Of a stretch of DNA of 64,000 bases, positions 1-9,796 are shown piece by piece. Below the pieces are notes generated by a model that did not search any database, had not been told where the DNA came from, and saw nothing but the letters and a program-made list of their open reading frames with translations. Source of the stretch: an uncultured Nitrospinota bacterium (GTDB lineage Bacteria; Tectomicrobia; Entotheonellia; J063; CAVPRW01); NCBI GenBank assembly GCA_963707985.1, contig CAVPRW010000045.1, positions 1 through 64,000 on the forward strand. Reading direction: 5' to 3'. The first letter of the stretch is position 1, and every line of letters begins with the position of its first letter. Made by a program: the position numbers and the translations under genes.

Positions 1-12
1 GCCGGCAGCACG

Positions 13-771
13 TCAGTGAGACACAGGTCCCAAAAACTTCGTGATGTACGGCAGCACGAGATTACTGCGTGCCATGGCCTCCGCGTGTGAGAGGTCAGGC
101 AAGGAAAAGAACGTGACATTGGGCATCTGTTTCACACACTCCCTGACGGCAGGGTACACAGGGTCCGCTTCGCCAGCAAAGAACAGGCACGGCATGGTCA
201 TCGTCGGGAGGACCGCCTCCAGACTCGACCGGTCCTGCGCCACTGCCAGAAGAGCCTCCAGGTCGTTGGCGAGTGCCCGGGCTTTGCGCCGCGCAGTCAT
301 AGGCCCATACAGCTCCTCCAAGCCTGCCACAAAGGCTTCCTTCCCTTGTTCGAGGGCCTTCCGTAAGGCCTGACGTTGATGATCCATACTGCGTGCATAG
401 GGGTGTGCACCACCGATGATCAAAGCATGGAACTGCTTGGGGGCGTACTGCGCCAGGCCAAACCCGATCCATCCACCCATCGAATAGCCAAAGAAATAGG
501 CGTGTGCGATGTGCAGATGATCCAGGACCGCGACAATGTCGCCCGCCCGGCATTGCAGCCCATAGGCTTCGGGATCATGGGGCTTATCGCTCGCACCGTG
601 CCCCCGTGCATCGATGAGGATAAGCTGGTAGTCGTGCTGCAGCGCGTGTACATAGCCCGCATCGTACCAGCTTTCCAGGCTATTGGAAAACCCATGCTGG
701 AGCACCAGCGGGGGCCCCTCCCCTTCGATTTGGTAATGGATTCGGACGTTTTGATTGATGACATAGGGCAT
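13..771 (-). CDS. alpha/beta fold hydrolase
   Basis: HGF oxyanion motif, DARGHG, nucleophile elbow GYSMGG, C-terminal His (LSHAE); start MPYV after GGAG RBS. Confidence 0.92.
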   Translation of the reverse strand: MPYVINQNVRIHYQIEGEGPPLVLQHGFSNSLESWYDAGYVHALQHDYQLILIDARGHGASDKPHDPEAYGLQCRAGDIVAVLDHLHIAHAYFFGYSMGGWIGFGLAQYAPKQFHALIIGGAHPYARSMDHQRQALRKALEQGKEAFVAGLEELYGPMTARRKARALANDLEALLAVAQDRSSLEAVLPTMTMPCLFFAGEADPVYPAVRECVKQMPNVTFFSLPDLSHAEAMARSNLVLPYITKFLGPVSH

Positions 772-1136
772 GGCAGTTTCCTCCTTATTGAAGCAATATA
801 CACAGCAATGCTCGCTTCTCTTACCGCGAACACCAAACACGGAGCCGAACTATTGAGTATATGGACATATTTCCACATAACCTGCCCAACAACCCTGCGC
901 GCGATGTCGATCTAATCTTCCATTGGGGCGGCTTATATGGAAATTTTGCAGCATAATAGCCCAAATACGGATTTTATACGTCGAGAATTTCGGCAGCATG
1001 GCCCGTCGCAGGTAATGGCCTCAGGGGAGGTTCAGGCGAGTCGGCGGAATTCCCCACCAGTGTAAAGGGGGTTGTGGCCATGTTTGGTCGATGTCGCCTT
1101 TCGACCCAGACGGCGACCTGGCAGGCACGCCCGCGT

Positions 1137-1291
1137 TGTTCTCACCAAGCGTGCGCAGGCTGCGCTGTTCTCAGGTAGACCAGGATGTTCTCAGGTAGGA
1201 TGCGGCGGTTCTCAGGTATATGTCGCGCGTCATTCGCATTATGTGTGCGCAGCAATCGGCTCTGTTCTCACGTAGGACGCTCGATGTTCTC
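1137..1291 (+). repeat. six copies of a direct repeat, consensus TGTTCTCAGGTAG (iteron/operator-like)
   Basis: GTTCTC cores start at 1138, 1167, 1187, 1208, 1264, 1286; three carry GTTCTCAGGTA and one GTTCTCACGTAG. Confidence 0.8.
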
Positions 1292-1331
1292 GCGCGCCTA
1301 CACCTACACCCTGCAGGAGGGCCGGGGCTCG

Positions 1332-1670
1332 ATGACCTGGGACGTCACCCTGGCCCAGGAGATCGTGGCCCAGGGCGGACTGGACATTGAAGAGGTGGTC
1401 CGCGAGCAGCAGCAGCATATTGCGACCCACTACGACATCACTGAGGCCAAGGTGGCCCGCGCGCATATTGGGACGCCTGGGATCGCGGCGCCATTCATCT
1501 GGCAGGGGAACTCGACCATTGCCCCGCCAGGCATCGTCTATATTCTCATCGACGGGACGCACCGCGCCGTCCGGGCCTACCGCGAGCGCAAGCCGTTCTA
1601 CTGCTACGTCCTGAGCCCCGCACAGTCCAGGGCGTGCCTGCTCAGTGGTCCTTCGGAGGTAATTCCATGA
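1332..1670 (+). CDS. small ParB/Srx-like protein
   Basis: YILIDGTHRAVRA matches the ParB/sulfiredoxin IDGxHR motif; high GC3; AGGAGG upstream; alternative start at 1284. Confidence 0.65.
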   Translation: MTWDVTLAQEIVAQGGLDIEEVVREQQQHIATHYDITEAKVARAHIGTPGIAAPFIWQGNSTIAPPGIVYILIDGTHRAVRAYRERKPFYCYVLSPAQSRACLLSGPSEVIP

Positions 1671-1978
1671 TGACCCCGTGGTTGACCTGTCTCCTGTGCA
1701 GCGACGATTTCACCGACCTGGTGGCGGTGCAAGAGCATGGCATGGAGGTCCATGCGATCACCCGCGATGACCTGCGCCTGGCCACGCGCGAGGGGCCGAC
1801 GCGGTGCACCGTGGACACCCATACCGGCTGGGGCGATCTCGCCTGGGATACCTACACCTGGAGCCTGCCTGATGGGCGCCCCTGGTTGATCGCCCGTCTA
1901 CAACCGGCTGAGGTCCGCCCCGCCCGCCAACCCGACCCGATTACCAGTCTGGACCAAACCTCGCCAAAATTCCCGTGA
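1667..1978 (+). CDS. C2H2 zinc-finger hypothetical protein
   Basis: CLLC-SDD-F-TDLVA-V-QE-H-GMEV-H; GGAGGT RBS at 1655-1660; ATGA overlap with upstream stop. Confidence 0.65.
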   Translation: MMTPWLTCLLCSDDFTDLVAVQEHGMEVHAITRDDLRLATREGPTRCTVDTHTGWGDLAWDTYTWSLPDGRPWLIARLQPAEVRPARQPDPITSLDQTSPKFP

Positions 1979-2290
1979 CATATATGGCTAGGTAAGCCGA
2001 CCTTATGCGGATACACCAGACCGCTGTCTGGAGAGTCCGCCACAAACGTTCCTTTTTGGTCGTTGGGGCGGACCCCGCCAAAACTGGTTTTGATCGCACC
2101 GATTCCCATACGTTTTTGGCGCATCTGAGCAAACTCCGCCAAATTGCTGTTCTCGCCACGACAAGATTCTGGCTTCTCCGATACGTGATTACAGCGAGCA
2201 TTCATGGACATTTCCGGTCAATGCCTCATGAAAGTGCTTCATACTCAAGAGGTTATTAGAGGGGGGCAAGGTGTGTCCGCCGGCGTCGCG

Positions 2291-5200
2291 CTATGTCAAC
2301 GCCTCCAGCAACGCCTTGGCCTCTTGCAGATCCGCTGTGTCAAACCCTTCGGTGAACCAGCCATAGACAGGGGCCAGCAGCGCACGCGCTTCGGCCTGCT
2401 TGCCCTGTTGCTGCCAGAGGCGGCTGAGACTCATGGCGGCGCGCAGCTCCAGCGATTTCGCCTCCTGGTGGCGGGCGACGTCCAGAGCCCGCTGAAACCA
2501 GGTTTCCGCCTCCGCCTGCGACGTCCCCGGCTGCCGCAGGAGCAGGACGCCCCGGAGGCGATGGATTTCCGCTTCCCACCAGCGTTCCTCCTGCTGCTCT
2601 ACCAGGGTGTGGGCCTCGGCCAGCGCCTGGAGGCCGTCTTCTGTATGGCCCAGGTGGGCAGAGACGTCCGCCAGCAAGGTGCAATAGTATGGGACGAGCA
2701 GAGCTGCCCCGGTGGCTCGGTAGGCGGCGATCCCCTGGCGGACCTGGGCCATCCCCTCCTCGCCCTGGCCCTGCATGGCCAGCGCCCACCCGCACAAGAT
2801 CGTTCCCGTGGCCGCCCAGAGTGGAAAGCCCTGCTCGGTCGAGAGCGCGACGGCGGCCTCTGCCTGCTCGTGCACGGCCGGCACGTCCCGGCGAAACTGA
2901 GAGACGAAGGCCGCCCAACACCGCGCACGCGCCAGACTATAAGGATGCGACAGCTCGTGCGCCAACGCCAGGGCCTCGTGGAGGCGGGCCAGGGCTTGCG
3001 CCGGGTACCCCAGGAACCAGAGGAGCAGTGCGGCATGGATTCGGCAGCCGACACCCGGATCGTGGCCAATGCGGAACACCGGCGCACGGCGCTGGTCTGG
3101 CGTGTCGCGTGCGATGCCTTCCTCCAGGTGCTGGCGGGCAACAGGCAATGCGCCGAGGCAGAACCACGTCATCCCAAGGGCATAGTGGGCGACGACCGCG
3201 AGCGCGGGGTCGTCGGCATGTTGCGCCAGGCGCAGCAACGTGTCCCCGAGCTCTCGCGCCGTGTGCAACTGTGGCCGTACAAGATAAAACCGCCACAGAC
3301 CAAACAGGACCGGGACCAGCTCTGGCGTCTCGCCCACCTGCTGACACAACGCGCGTGCCTGGGTGTAGGCGTGCTCCACCTCGGGCGCTGCGTGCCCTTT
3401 GGCCATCAGCAGCGACGCGCCGAGGGCGATGTGCAGGGTCACGGCGTGCTGGGTATGCTCAGGCGTCTCTGGCAGGGTCTTGAGCAGCTCGATCCCGGTG
3501 GTCACGTGGCTGATGGCTTCCACATGGGCCGAGCGGTCACTGGCCTGTTGGCCCGCCCGCAGCCAGTAGACCACCGCCTGCTCGGCACAGCCCGCCGCCG
3601 TGTAGTGCTGGGCGACCAGCTCTGGTTGCGTCGCGACGGTCTCCGGGAACTGCGCCTCCAACGCCTGGGCAATACGCTGGTGGTACTGCTGGCGGGTGCT
3701 CCGCAACAACGACTGATACGCCACGTCCTGGATGAGCGCATGCTTGAACGTGTAGGTGGCCTGCGGCGGCACCCCCCGCTGGTACAGGAACTCCGCTGCC
3801 ACCAACTGGTGCAGTCCCTGCTGCACGGTGTCCTCGTCCCACGGGGCGACGGCCTGCAGCAGCGCGTAGGAAAACTCGCGCCCCAGGGTGGCCCCGAGTT
3901 GGGCCAGGGCCTTCACCGCCGCGAGGCGGTCGAGCCGCGCCATGAGCGAGTCGTGCAGGGTGGCGGGAATGGCCAGCGGGTGCAGGGGCCCGGTCAGCGC
4001 ATAGCGCTCGTCCTGCTCCTGGAGCAGGCCCGACTCCAGCACCATCTTGGTCAATTCCTCGACAAACAGGGGCACCCCATCGGTCTTGGCCACGATCTGC
4101 TCGACCACCTCGGGAGGTAACACCTTGCCGTGGGCCACCTGGCGGATCACCTCCACGGCCTGGCGTCGGGGCAAGCGGTTGACCGTGAGCTGGGTGAGAT
4201 GGGCCCGCCCCGTCCAGGGCGGGCTGAAGTCCGGCCGACAGGTGAACAGCGTCAGGATGCGGGCGGTGGGGCCTTGATCGACCAGGAGGCTGAGCAGCTC
4301 CAGCGTGGACGGATCGACCCAGTGCAGGTCTTCCATGACAAAGAGCACGGGCTGCTGGGCGGCGATGCGCAGCAGGATCGTCAGCAGGGCGTGGAGGGTC
4401 TGCTGCTTCTGCTGCTCAGGCGACATCGTCAGGGGCGCATAGTCCGCCGGCAGCGGCAGGGAGAGGAGGGCGGCACAGAGGGGCACGGCCTCCGCCAGTG
4501 GCAGGCCATACTGCACCAGGAACCCCTCCAGTTTGCCCACCTTCTGCTGGGGCGACTCCTCCCGGTCGAAGCGCAGGACCACCCGCTCCAGCAGGTCGAT
4601 CAGCGGATACAAGGCGGTGTGCTGGTGGTAGGGCGAACACTGACACGGGGTGAGCCAGGCCCGGGGCTCGGCGGCCACCTGGTCCGTCAGCACCTGCACC
4701 AGGCGCGATTTGCCGATGCCGGCTTCGCCGCTGAGGAGCACGACCTGTCCGAGGCCGTCTTTGACCTGCGCCCAGCGCTCGAGCAGCACCCCGATTTCCT
4801 GCTCCCGCCCCACCAGCGGGGTCCACCCGGTGCGGCTGGCGGCTTCCAGGCGACTGCGGGCCATACTCTCATAGAGCACGCGATAGACCGCCAGCGGCTG
4901 CGCCAGGCCTTTCAGGAGCGGCGTGCCGAGCGGCTGGCAGGCAAAGAACCCCCCGAGGAGCTGAAAGGTCGCCGCACTGATCACCAGGGTATTGGGGGCG
5001 GCGAGGCCTTGCAGGCGGGCCGCCACGTTGGGGGTCTCGCCGAGGGCCAGCTGTTCCTGGCGCGCCCCGTCCCCCACGTCGCCCACCACCACCAGCCCGG
5101 TATGGATCCCCAGGCGCACGGCCAGATGCACCTCCCGCTCCGGCCCCAGGGAGGTATGGAGTTGTCCCATGGCCTCGACGATCCCCAGCCCGGCCCGCAC

Positions 5201-5722
5201 CGCCCGCTGGGCGTCATCTTCGTGCGCCAGGGGGTAGCCGAAGTAGACCAGGAGCCCATCGCCGAGGTACTGGGCGATATGCCCCTCGAAGCGGGCGATC
5301 ACTTTGGCGCAGGTGGCTTGATAGGCCTGCACCACCTGGCGCAGCTCTTCCGGGTCGAGCTGACTGGCGAGTGCCGTGGAGTCCACCAGATCACAGAACA
5401 GCACGGTGAGCTGGCGGCGTTCGGCGTCTGCGGAGCGCGGTGTGGCAAAGGGTGCCACCTGAGTAGGGTGGTCTTCTTGCTGTATGGCCTGTTGAGGAGG
5501 CTGCGGGGCGGGAGCACCAGGTGTCGTCTGCGCTTCTCCGGCCCACACCAACATTCTGCCACCGTGGTCGACCGCCAAGTGGTGGACCTCAAGCAGTTCC
5601 TCCTTGAGGGCTGCGAGAGACTCCTCATCGAGATGAAACTGGAGCATGAGGGTGCGGTAGGACACGCGCCCGCGACGCTGGAGCATGGCGATCGCTTGGT
5701 CCAGGATCTCCTCAAAGGTCAT
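2291..5722 (-). CDS. class III adenylate/guanylate cyclase with STAND-type AAA ATPase and TPR-like C-terminus
   Basis: VLFCDLVDST, YLGDG, GETPNVAARLQ cyclase motifs; Walker A GEAGIGKS; Walker B FVMEDLHW; terminal GWFTEGFDTADLQEAKALL. Confidence 0.95.
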   Translation of the reverse strand: MTFEEILDQAIAMLQRRGRVSYRTLMLQFHLDEESLAALKEELLEVHHLAVDHGGRMLVWAGEAQTTPGAPAPQPPQQAIQQEDHPTQVAPFATPRSADAERRQLTVLFCDLVDSTALASQLDPEELRQVVQAYQATCAKVIARFEGHIAQYLGDGLLVYFGYPLAHEDDAQRAVRAGLGIVEAMGQLHTSLGPEREVHLAVRLGIHTGLVVVGDVGDGARQEQLALGETPNVAARLQGLAAPNTLVISAATFQLLGGFFACQPLGTPLLKGLAQPLAVYRVLYESMARSRLEAASRTGWTPLVGREQEIGVLLERWAQVKDGLGQVVLLSGEAGIGKSRLVQVLTDQVAAEPRAWLTPCQCSPYHQHTALYPLIDLLERVVLRFDREESPQQKVGKLEGFLVQYGLPLAEAVPLCAALLSLPLPADYAPLTMSPEQQKQQTLHALLTILLRIAAQQPVLFVMEDLHWVDPSTLELLSLLVDQGPTARILTLFTCRPDFSPPWTGRAHLTQLTVNRLPRRQAVEVIRQVAHGKVLPPEVVEQIVAKTDGVPLFVEELTKMVLESGLLQEQDERYALTGPLHPLAIPATLHDSLMARLDRLAAVKALAQLGATLGREFSYALLQAVAPWDEDTVQQGLHQLVAAEFLYQRGVPPQATYTFKHALIQDVAYQSLLRSTRQQYHQRIAQALEAQFPETVATQPELVAQHYTAAGCAEQAVVYWLRAGQQASDRSAHVEAISHVTTGIELLKTLPETPEHTQHAVTLHIALGASLLMAKGHAAPEVEHAYTQARALCQQVGETPELVPVLFGLWRFYLVRPQLHTARELGDTLLRLAQHADDPALAVVAHYALGMTWFCLGALPVARQHLEEGIARDTPDQRRAPVFRIGHDPGVGCRIHAALLLWFLGYPAQALARLHEALALAHELSHPYSLARARCWAAFVSQFRRDVPAVHEQAEAAVALSTEQGFPLWAATGTILCGWALAMQGQGEEGMAQVRQGIAAYRATGAALLVPYYCTLLADVSAHLGHTEDGLQALAEAHTLVEQQEERWWEAEIHRLRGVLLLRQPGTSQAEAETWFQRALDVARHQEAKSLELRAAMSLSRLWQQQGKQAEARALLAPVYGWFTEGFDTADLQEAKALLEALT

Positions 5723-5894
5723 CGCCCTCCTCCCGAGGCCGATGCGGCGTGCAGAAGACGGTGTAGGAATTCGTAAGGTCGTTCAGGTGCATTTATATCG
5801 CACCTGGTTGACCAAAGAAAGCAAGAAGTCCTGGGAGTGCATGACGCAGCGGTGACGTCGTCCTCACAGACCCACACGGAATCAGGAGCACCCC

Positions 5895-7220
5895 ATGTCC
5901 CCAAGCAACCGAGACGCCAAAAAACACGCCAAAGCCAGACAGCGTCGCGACCTCACAGCCCAGGAGCGCCTCGCACGTGATCACCGCCAGGCGCAGCAGG
6001 CCACTCAGGCCCTGGAGCAGGCCCTCCAGGACCTGGGCCTCCCCGAAGACCTCGTGGCCGAGATCGAAGGGCGTTTGCGGAGCCAACACAAGCTCTTGGG
6101 CAAAATCGTCGGGGTGATGTGTCCTCCGCTGTTCGGGTGCCGTACCAACGCCGAACTGTGCCGGGTGCGGGGCTGGGATAAAAACCTGCCTTCGCGTCTG
6201 CTCGGGGCGCTGCCCAAGCGCTCCTGGCTCAAGCGGCTCCGACGCTTGGGCCTGGAGGTGCTGGAGCCGCTATGGCGTTACGCCACCAGCACAAGCGAGG
6301 CCACGCGCAGTCGCTGGCAGTGGACCTGGGTGGCCGATGACTCGGTGTTCAAAAAGTATGGTGAGCAATTGGGCCTGGTTGGCACCTGGTGGAGTGGGCA
6401 GGAACACCGGGTGCTCTCCGGTATTGATGGGGTCCTGCTCGTCGTGGTCATCGGCGAGGGCAAACTGGTCGTCCCCGTCGACTTTGCCATCCGTCGGCCC
6501 GATCCCACAGGCCCTGGAGCACCGTGCCGGGACAAACTGCACTGGGTACAGAGCATGCTGGATGGACGCGTGGCGGCCTTCCGCCGACGCGGCGTGGACC
6601 TGCCTCCGCCGATAGTCATGGCCGATAGTTGGTTTGGCGATTCCAAGCTCATGCGCCATGTGGCCACCACTCACGAGGGCACCCTCCTGGTGGAAGGGAA
6701 AACGACGTATGTCTTCGCGCTGCCAGACGGACGCCAGGTGAAGGGCCACAATCTGCAAAAGTCAGGGGATTGGCTCTGGCGTGAGAGCCCTCAGGTCCCT
6801 GGGGTGCGTTATGTGCGGCTACGGGCCACCAGTCCCACCTATGGGGTGGTGACCATCACTGTGGTCAAGGAGCCCAGCGCGGATCAGTATTACGTGATAT
6901 GTCTGGAGACTGCCATCAGTTCGCCGCGGCTCATACGGGCATGGAAGCGGCGTAGCTGGATCGAGTACTGTTTTCGGACCTTAAAGCACTTGCTGGCGAC
7001 TGGAGCCTGCCAGGTGCACGGCGAAGATGCCTACTATGGCCACTTGGTCTTGCGCCTAATGGGTTGCTTGGTGTTGTTCTACACCTCACGGGTCATGAGC
7101 AAAGGGCAGCTCACGATGGAAGAGATCATCTTCAGTCTGAAGCATTACTGGCGTTTTGTGGACTGCGAAGCTCTTGAACTCACAGCACTTTCACAGGGGA
7201 TGGACGAGAAAGCTGCATGA
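5895..7220 (+). mobile_element. IS701/IS4-like DDE transposase, apparently intact
   Basis: ADDSVFKKYG, MADSWF, RSWIEYCFRTLKH DDE signatures; 441-aa open frame. Confidence 0.85.
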
Positions 7221-7254
7221 ACACACGCCGAACGCATAGATCGGAAAAGCCAGG

Positions 7255-7625
7255 CTTATGCAGGTTTTCATGGGCTTTCGACCGCGCCATAGCAAATTGC
7301 GTGCCGAGGACATCAAAGGTGGGATACGTCTTATAGTAATAGAGGACAAACTGCAATTTCTCCGCCATCGTGGGCAGTTTCCCTTTGGATCCACCGCCAG
7401 GTTTGCGCCTTCGTGTGCCGGATTCGACCCCTTCTTCATACGTTTTTTGCTGCGTGGTCTCGTAGATGGCACTGAAGAAGGGCAGCAAGTGGTCGAATTG
7501 GTCTTGGGACAAGCCGGTCAAGGCTTTCATCTGACGATCGTCTCGGATTTGCAGACCCATCGGTGGGCTCCCTCCATGGTTTTTTGAGGAGAGCCTACCT
7601 CATCTTTTATTGCGGAACAACTCTA
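7255..7625 (-). mobile_element. truncated IS5-like (ISL2-type) element: left end and transposase N-terminal HTH
   Basis: QIRDDRQMKALTGL...KLQFVLYYYKTYPTFDVLG; homology stops at HENLHK next to the IS701-like element; end TAGAGTTGTTCCGCA at 7625-7611. Confidence 0.75.
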
Positions 7626-7996
7626 ATGAACACGTCGTGCTGATATCCAGGGACGTATGTCATAGCCGCAGCCTTCACCCTTCTGCCCGAACCAGCCCCT
7701 TGACGATCATGGAATAGCAGGAAGAATGGGATTCTATCGTAAGAGACCACTTCACTTCAAGAAGCTTCTCTACCTAACTCCATTGGCATGCCAACGTATC
7801 CTCACTCTCTCGCCAAGCCCAAAAAGGGGGTGCACAGTCCATCAAGACTGACAGCCTATCCCAATACGCGAGGAAGGTAGCTCTGATAAAGACTGCTGAT
7901 GCCATACTCGGATAGCACCACAGCTAACCGGTAGCTACTGGCAGGCTCCTTGTGTTACCCTATGCGAGGAAACCCCTGGTGAGGACAAGCGGAGCC

Positions 7997-8953
7997 ATGG
8001 CAGCCACAGATCATCCGCTCAAGCGCTTGGTGAGTACCTTTATCGGTGATTTTGCTGCCTGGTTACTCAACAGCCCAGTGCGTGAGACTCATCCACTCAA
8101 CGTTGAACTCCCAGCCGACAGCCTCGTCACAGATCAGGTGTTTCGCGTTACCCTGGGTGATGGGCGAGCACTGGTGTTGCATATCGAGTTCCAGGGACGC
8201 CGCAGTTCCCAGCCGATGCCATGGCGGATGCTGGAGTACATGCCTAGGTTGGCAGAGACATATCGCCTGCCGATGTGGAGTGTCGTATTTTATGTCGGTG
8301 AGGGCGCCGGGGTGGGCGATACGGGGCGCCATGTTATTCAGGGACCGGCAGAGCTGGCACCGCTGATGTGGCAATACCAGGTAGTGCATCTATGGCAGAT
8401 GCCAGCGGAAGATCTGCTCGCGCTGGACCGGCCAGCACTCCTGGCACTAGTGGGACAAACGCGTCTGAACAGTCCCGCGGTGGTGCTTCCGGCCGTGGTT
8501 GCCCGGCTTCGCCAGATTCCCGATCCAGAGGCACGTGGGCGCCTCTTGACTGCCCTGTTGGCACTCTTACCACAAGAGGACATCGTCACAATGGTAGAGA
8601 AACTGCTCGAAGACGACACGTTGTTATTGGATACACCATATCTGCGTCGCATTCGCGAGGCAGGTCGCGAAGAAGGCCGCGAGGCAGGCCGCGAAGAAGG
8701 CCGCGAGGTAGGCCGCGAAGAAGGCCGTGAAGAAGGCCGCGAAGAAGGTCGCGAAGAGGGCCTACTGATAGCTCGGCGGCGTAGCATCGTGGATGCTCTG
8801 ACATTGCGTTTTGCGCCCCCAGCGGCGGTTCTCCAGCAGGTGGCGCACTACGTGGAAACCCTGACCGATGAGGCAGCCATAGAGCGACTCTTTGCGGCGG
8901 CGATTCGCAGTGCCAGTCTGGCAGAGTTTCAGGAGGCTATGACACAGGCGTAA
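7997..8953 (+). CDS. Rpn/YhgA-like PD-(D/E)xK nuclease family protein
   Basis: DHPLKRL, TDQVF...LHIEFQ, MPWRMLEY; C-terminal GREE repeats and DUF4351-like tail. Confidence 0.85.
   Translation: MAATDHPLKRLVSTFIGDFAAWLLNSPVRETHPLNVELPADSLVTDQVFRVTLGDGRALVLHIEFQGRRSSQPMPWRMLEYMPRLAETYRLPMWSVVFYVGEGAGVGDTGRHVIQGPAELAPLMWQYQVVHLWQMPAEDLLALDRPALLALVGQTRLNSPAVVLPAVVARLRQIPDPEARGRLLTALLALLPQEDIVTMVEKLLEDDTLLLDTPYLRRIREAGREEGREAGREEGREVGREEGREEGREEGREEGLLIARRRSIVDALTLRFAPPAAVLQQVAHYVETLTDEAAIERLFAAAIRSASLAEFQEAMTQA
8654..8761 (+). repeat. nine 12-bp coding tandem repeats (REEG/REAG/REVG)
   Basis: CGCGAAGAAGGC-type units inside the Rpn gene. Confidence 0.95.
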
Positions 8954-9163
8954 CGCTCCCCCGTTTCTCCTCCCTACTGGCCTTCGACCAGTGCCCGCAT
9001 GGTTTCGGCCTGTGGCAGCCAGACGACACCATCCGCAGGCAGTATGGCTGAGCTGGGACCGTGACGAGCGGTCACCCGCCAGCCCCCATGACGTGGAGAT
9101 AGCGATGGAGGGAAGCGAGACAGGTCCTCTGACATGACTGGCCAGCAACTCGGGAGGTGACAC

Positions 9164-9656
9164 ATGATTATTCGAGTCGAGCCTAAGGACTTTTTTATGT
9201 CCACCATCCTGTTGCTCTTTGACCAGAGCACACTCTGACCCCGAAGATGAAGAGGTGAAACGCTATCTCGCCGAACGTGACCTGGAGCCGAAGCGTACCT
9301 TCGACAATGCCTCTCAGGAGCAATACGGTGTCGTCTGGCAGTTCGGCGGTTGCTATTTGGGAAGGCATCTGGATGCGATCGCCGACATCCAGAAAAAGTA
9401 TCTTGAAGCGGAAATGCTGGCGGATGAGATCCCACGTCTGTTGAAGGCAGATGCGGCGGTAGAGGTGCAGGAGGCGGTCGATCAGTTGCCCGATGACAGG
9501 CGCCAGGAACTGGTCGACACCCTTGTGAAAGAGTTTCATCAGGAATCGACCTTCGGACCCGATGCGGAAGGGCATGTCAAGGTGATGCTAGAACCAGCTC
9601 TTGTCCAGCGTCGCTTCAAGGAGCTTCTCCAATCCCGTATATCTCAGGTCGGCTGA
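9164..9656 (+). CDS. hypothetical protein, frameshifted near 9220
   Basis: GGAGG RBS then MIIRVEPKDFF; continues in another frame as DPEDEEVKRYL...FGGCYLGRHL. Confidence 0.65.
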
Positions 9657-9796
9657 CGGGGCTGACCTCTCCAGAGGGGCGCATGGCGAGCTCTTGACGA
9701 CGGCAATGACGCAGTCGTCGGCCATGATCCCCGATGAGGCACAGCGGGCATGTCTCGGCTGCCTGCCCCGAACATACCCCGGCCCTGGGAGTGACC

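Noticed and set aside
1137..1291. Repeats as a CRISPR array
   Set aside because: Repeat is about 13 bp with gaps mostly under 20 bp, far below CRISPR dimensions; no cas genes
2204..5776. Long plus-strand ORFs of 638 and 548 aa
   Set aside because: Antisense shadows of the GC-rich cyclase gene with no motifs
8654..8761. 12-bp tandem array as a non-coding repeat element
   Set aside because: In-frame REEG coding repeats typical of Rpn-family C-termini
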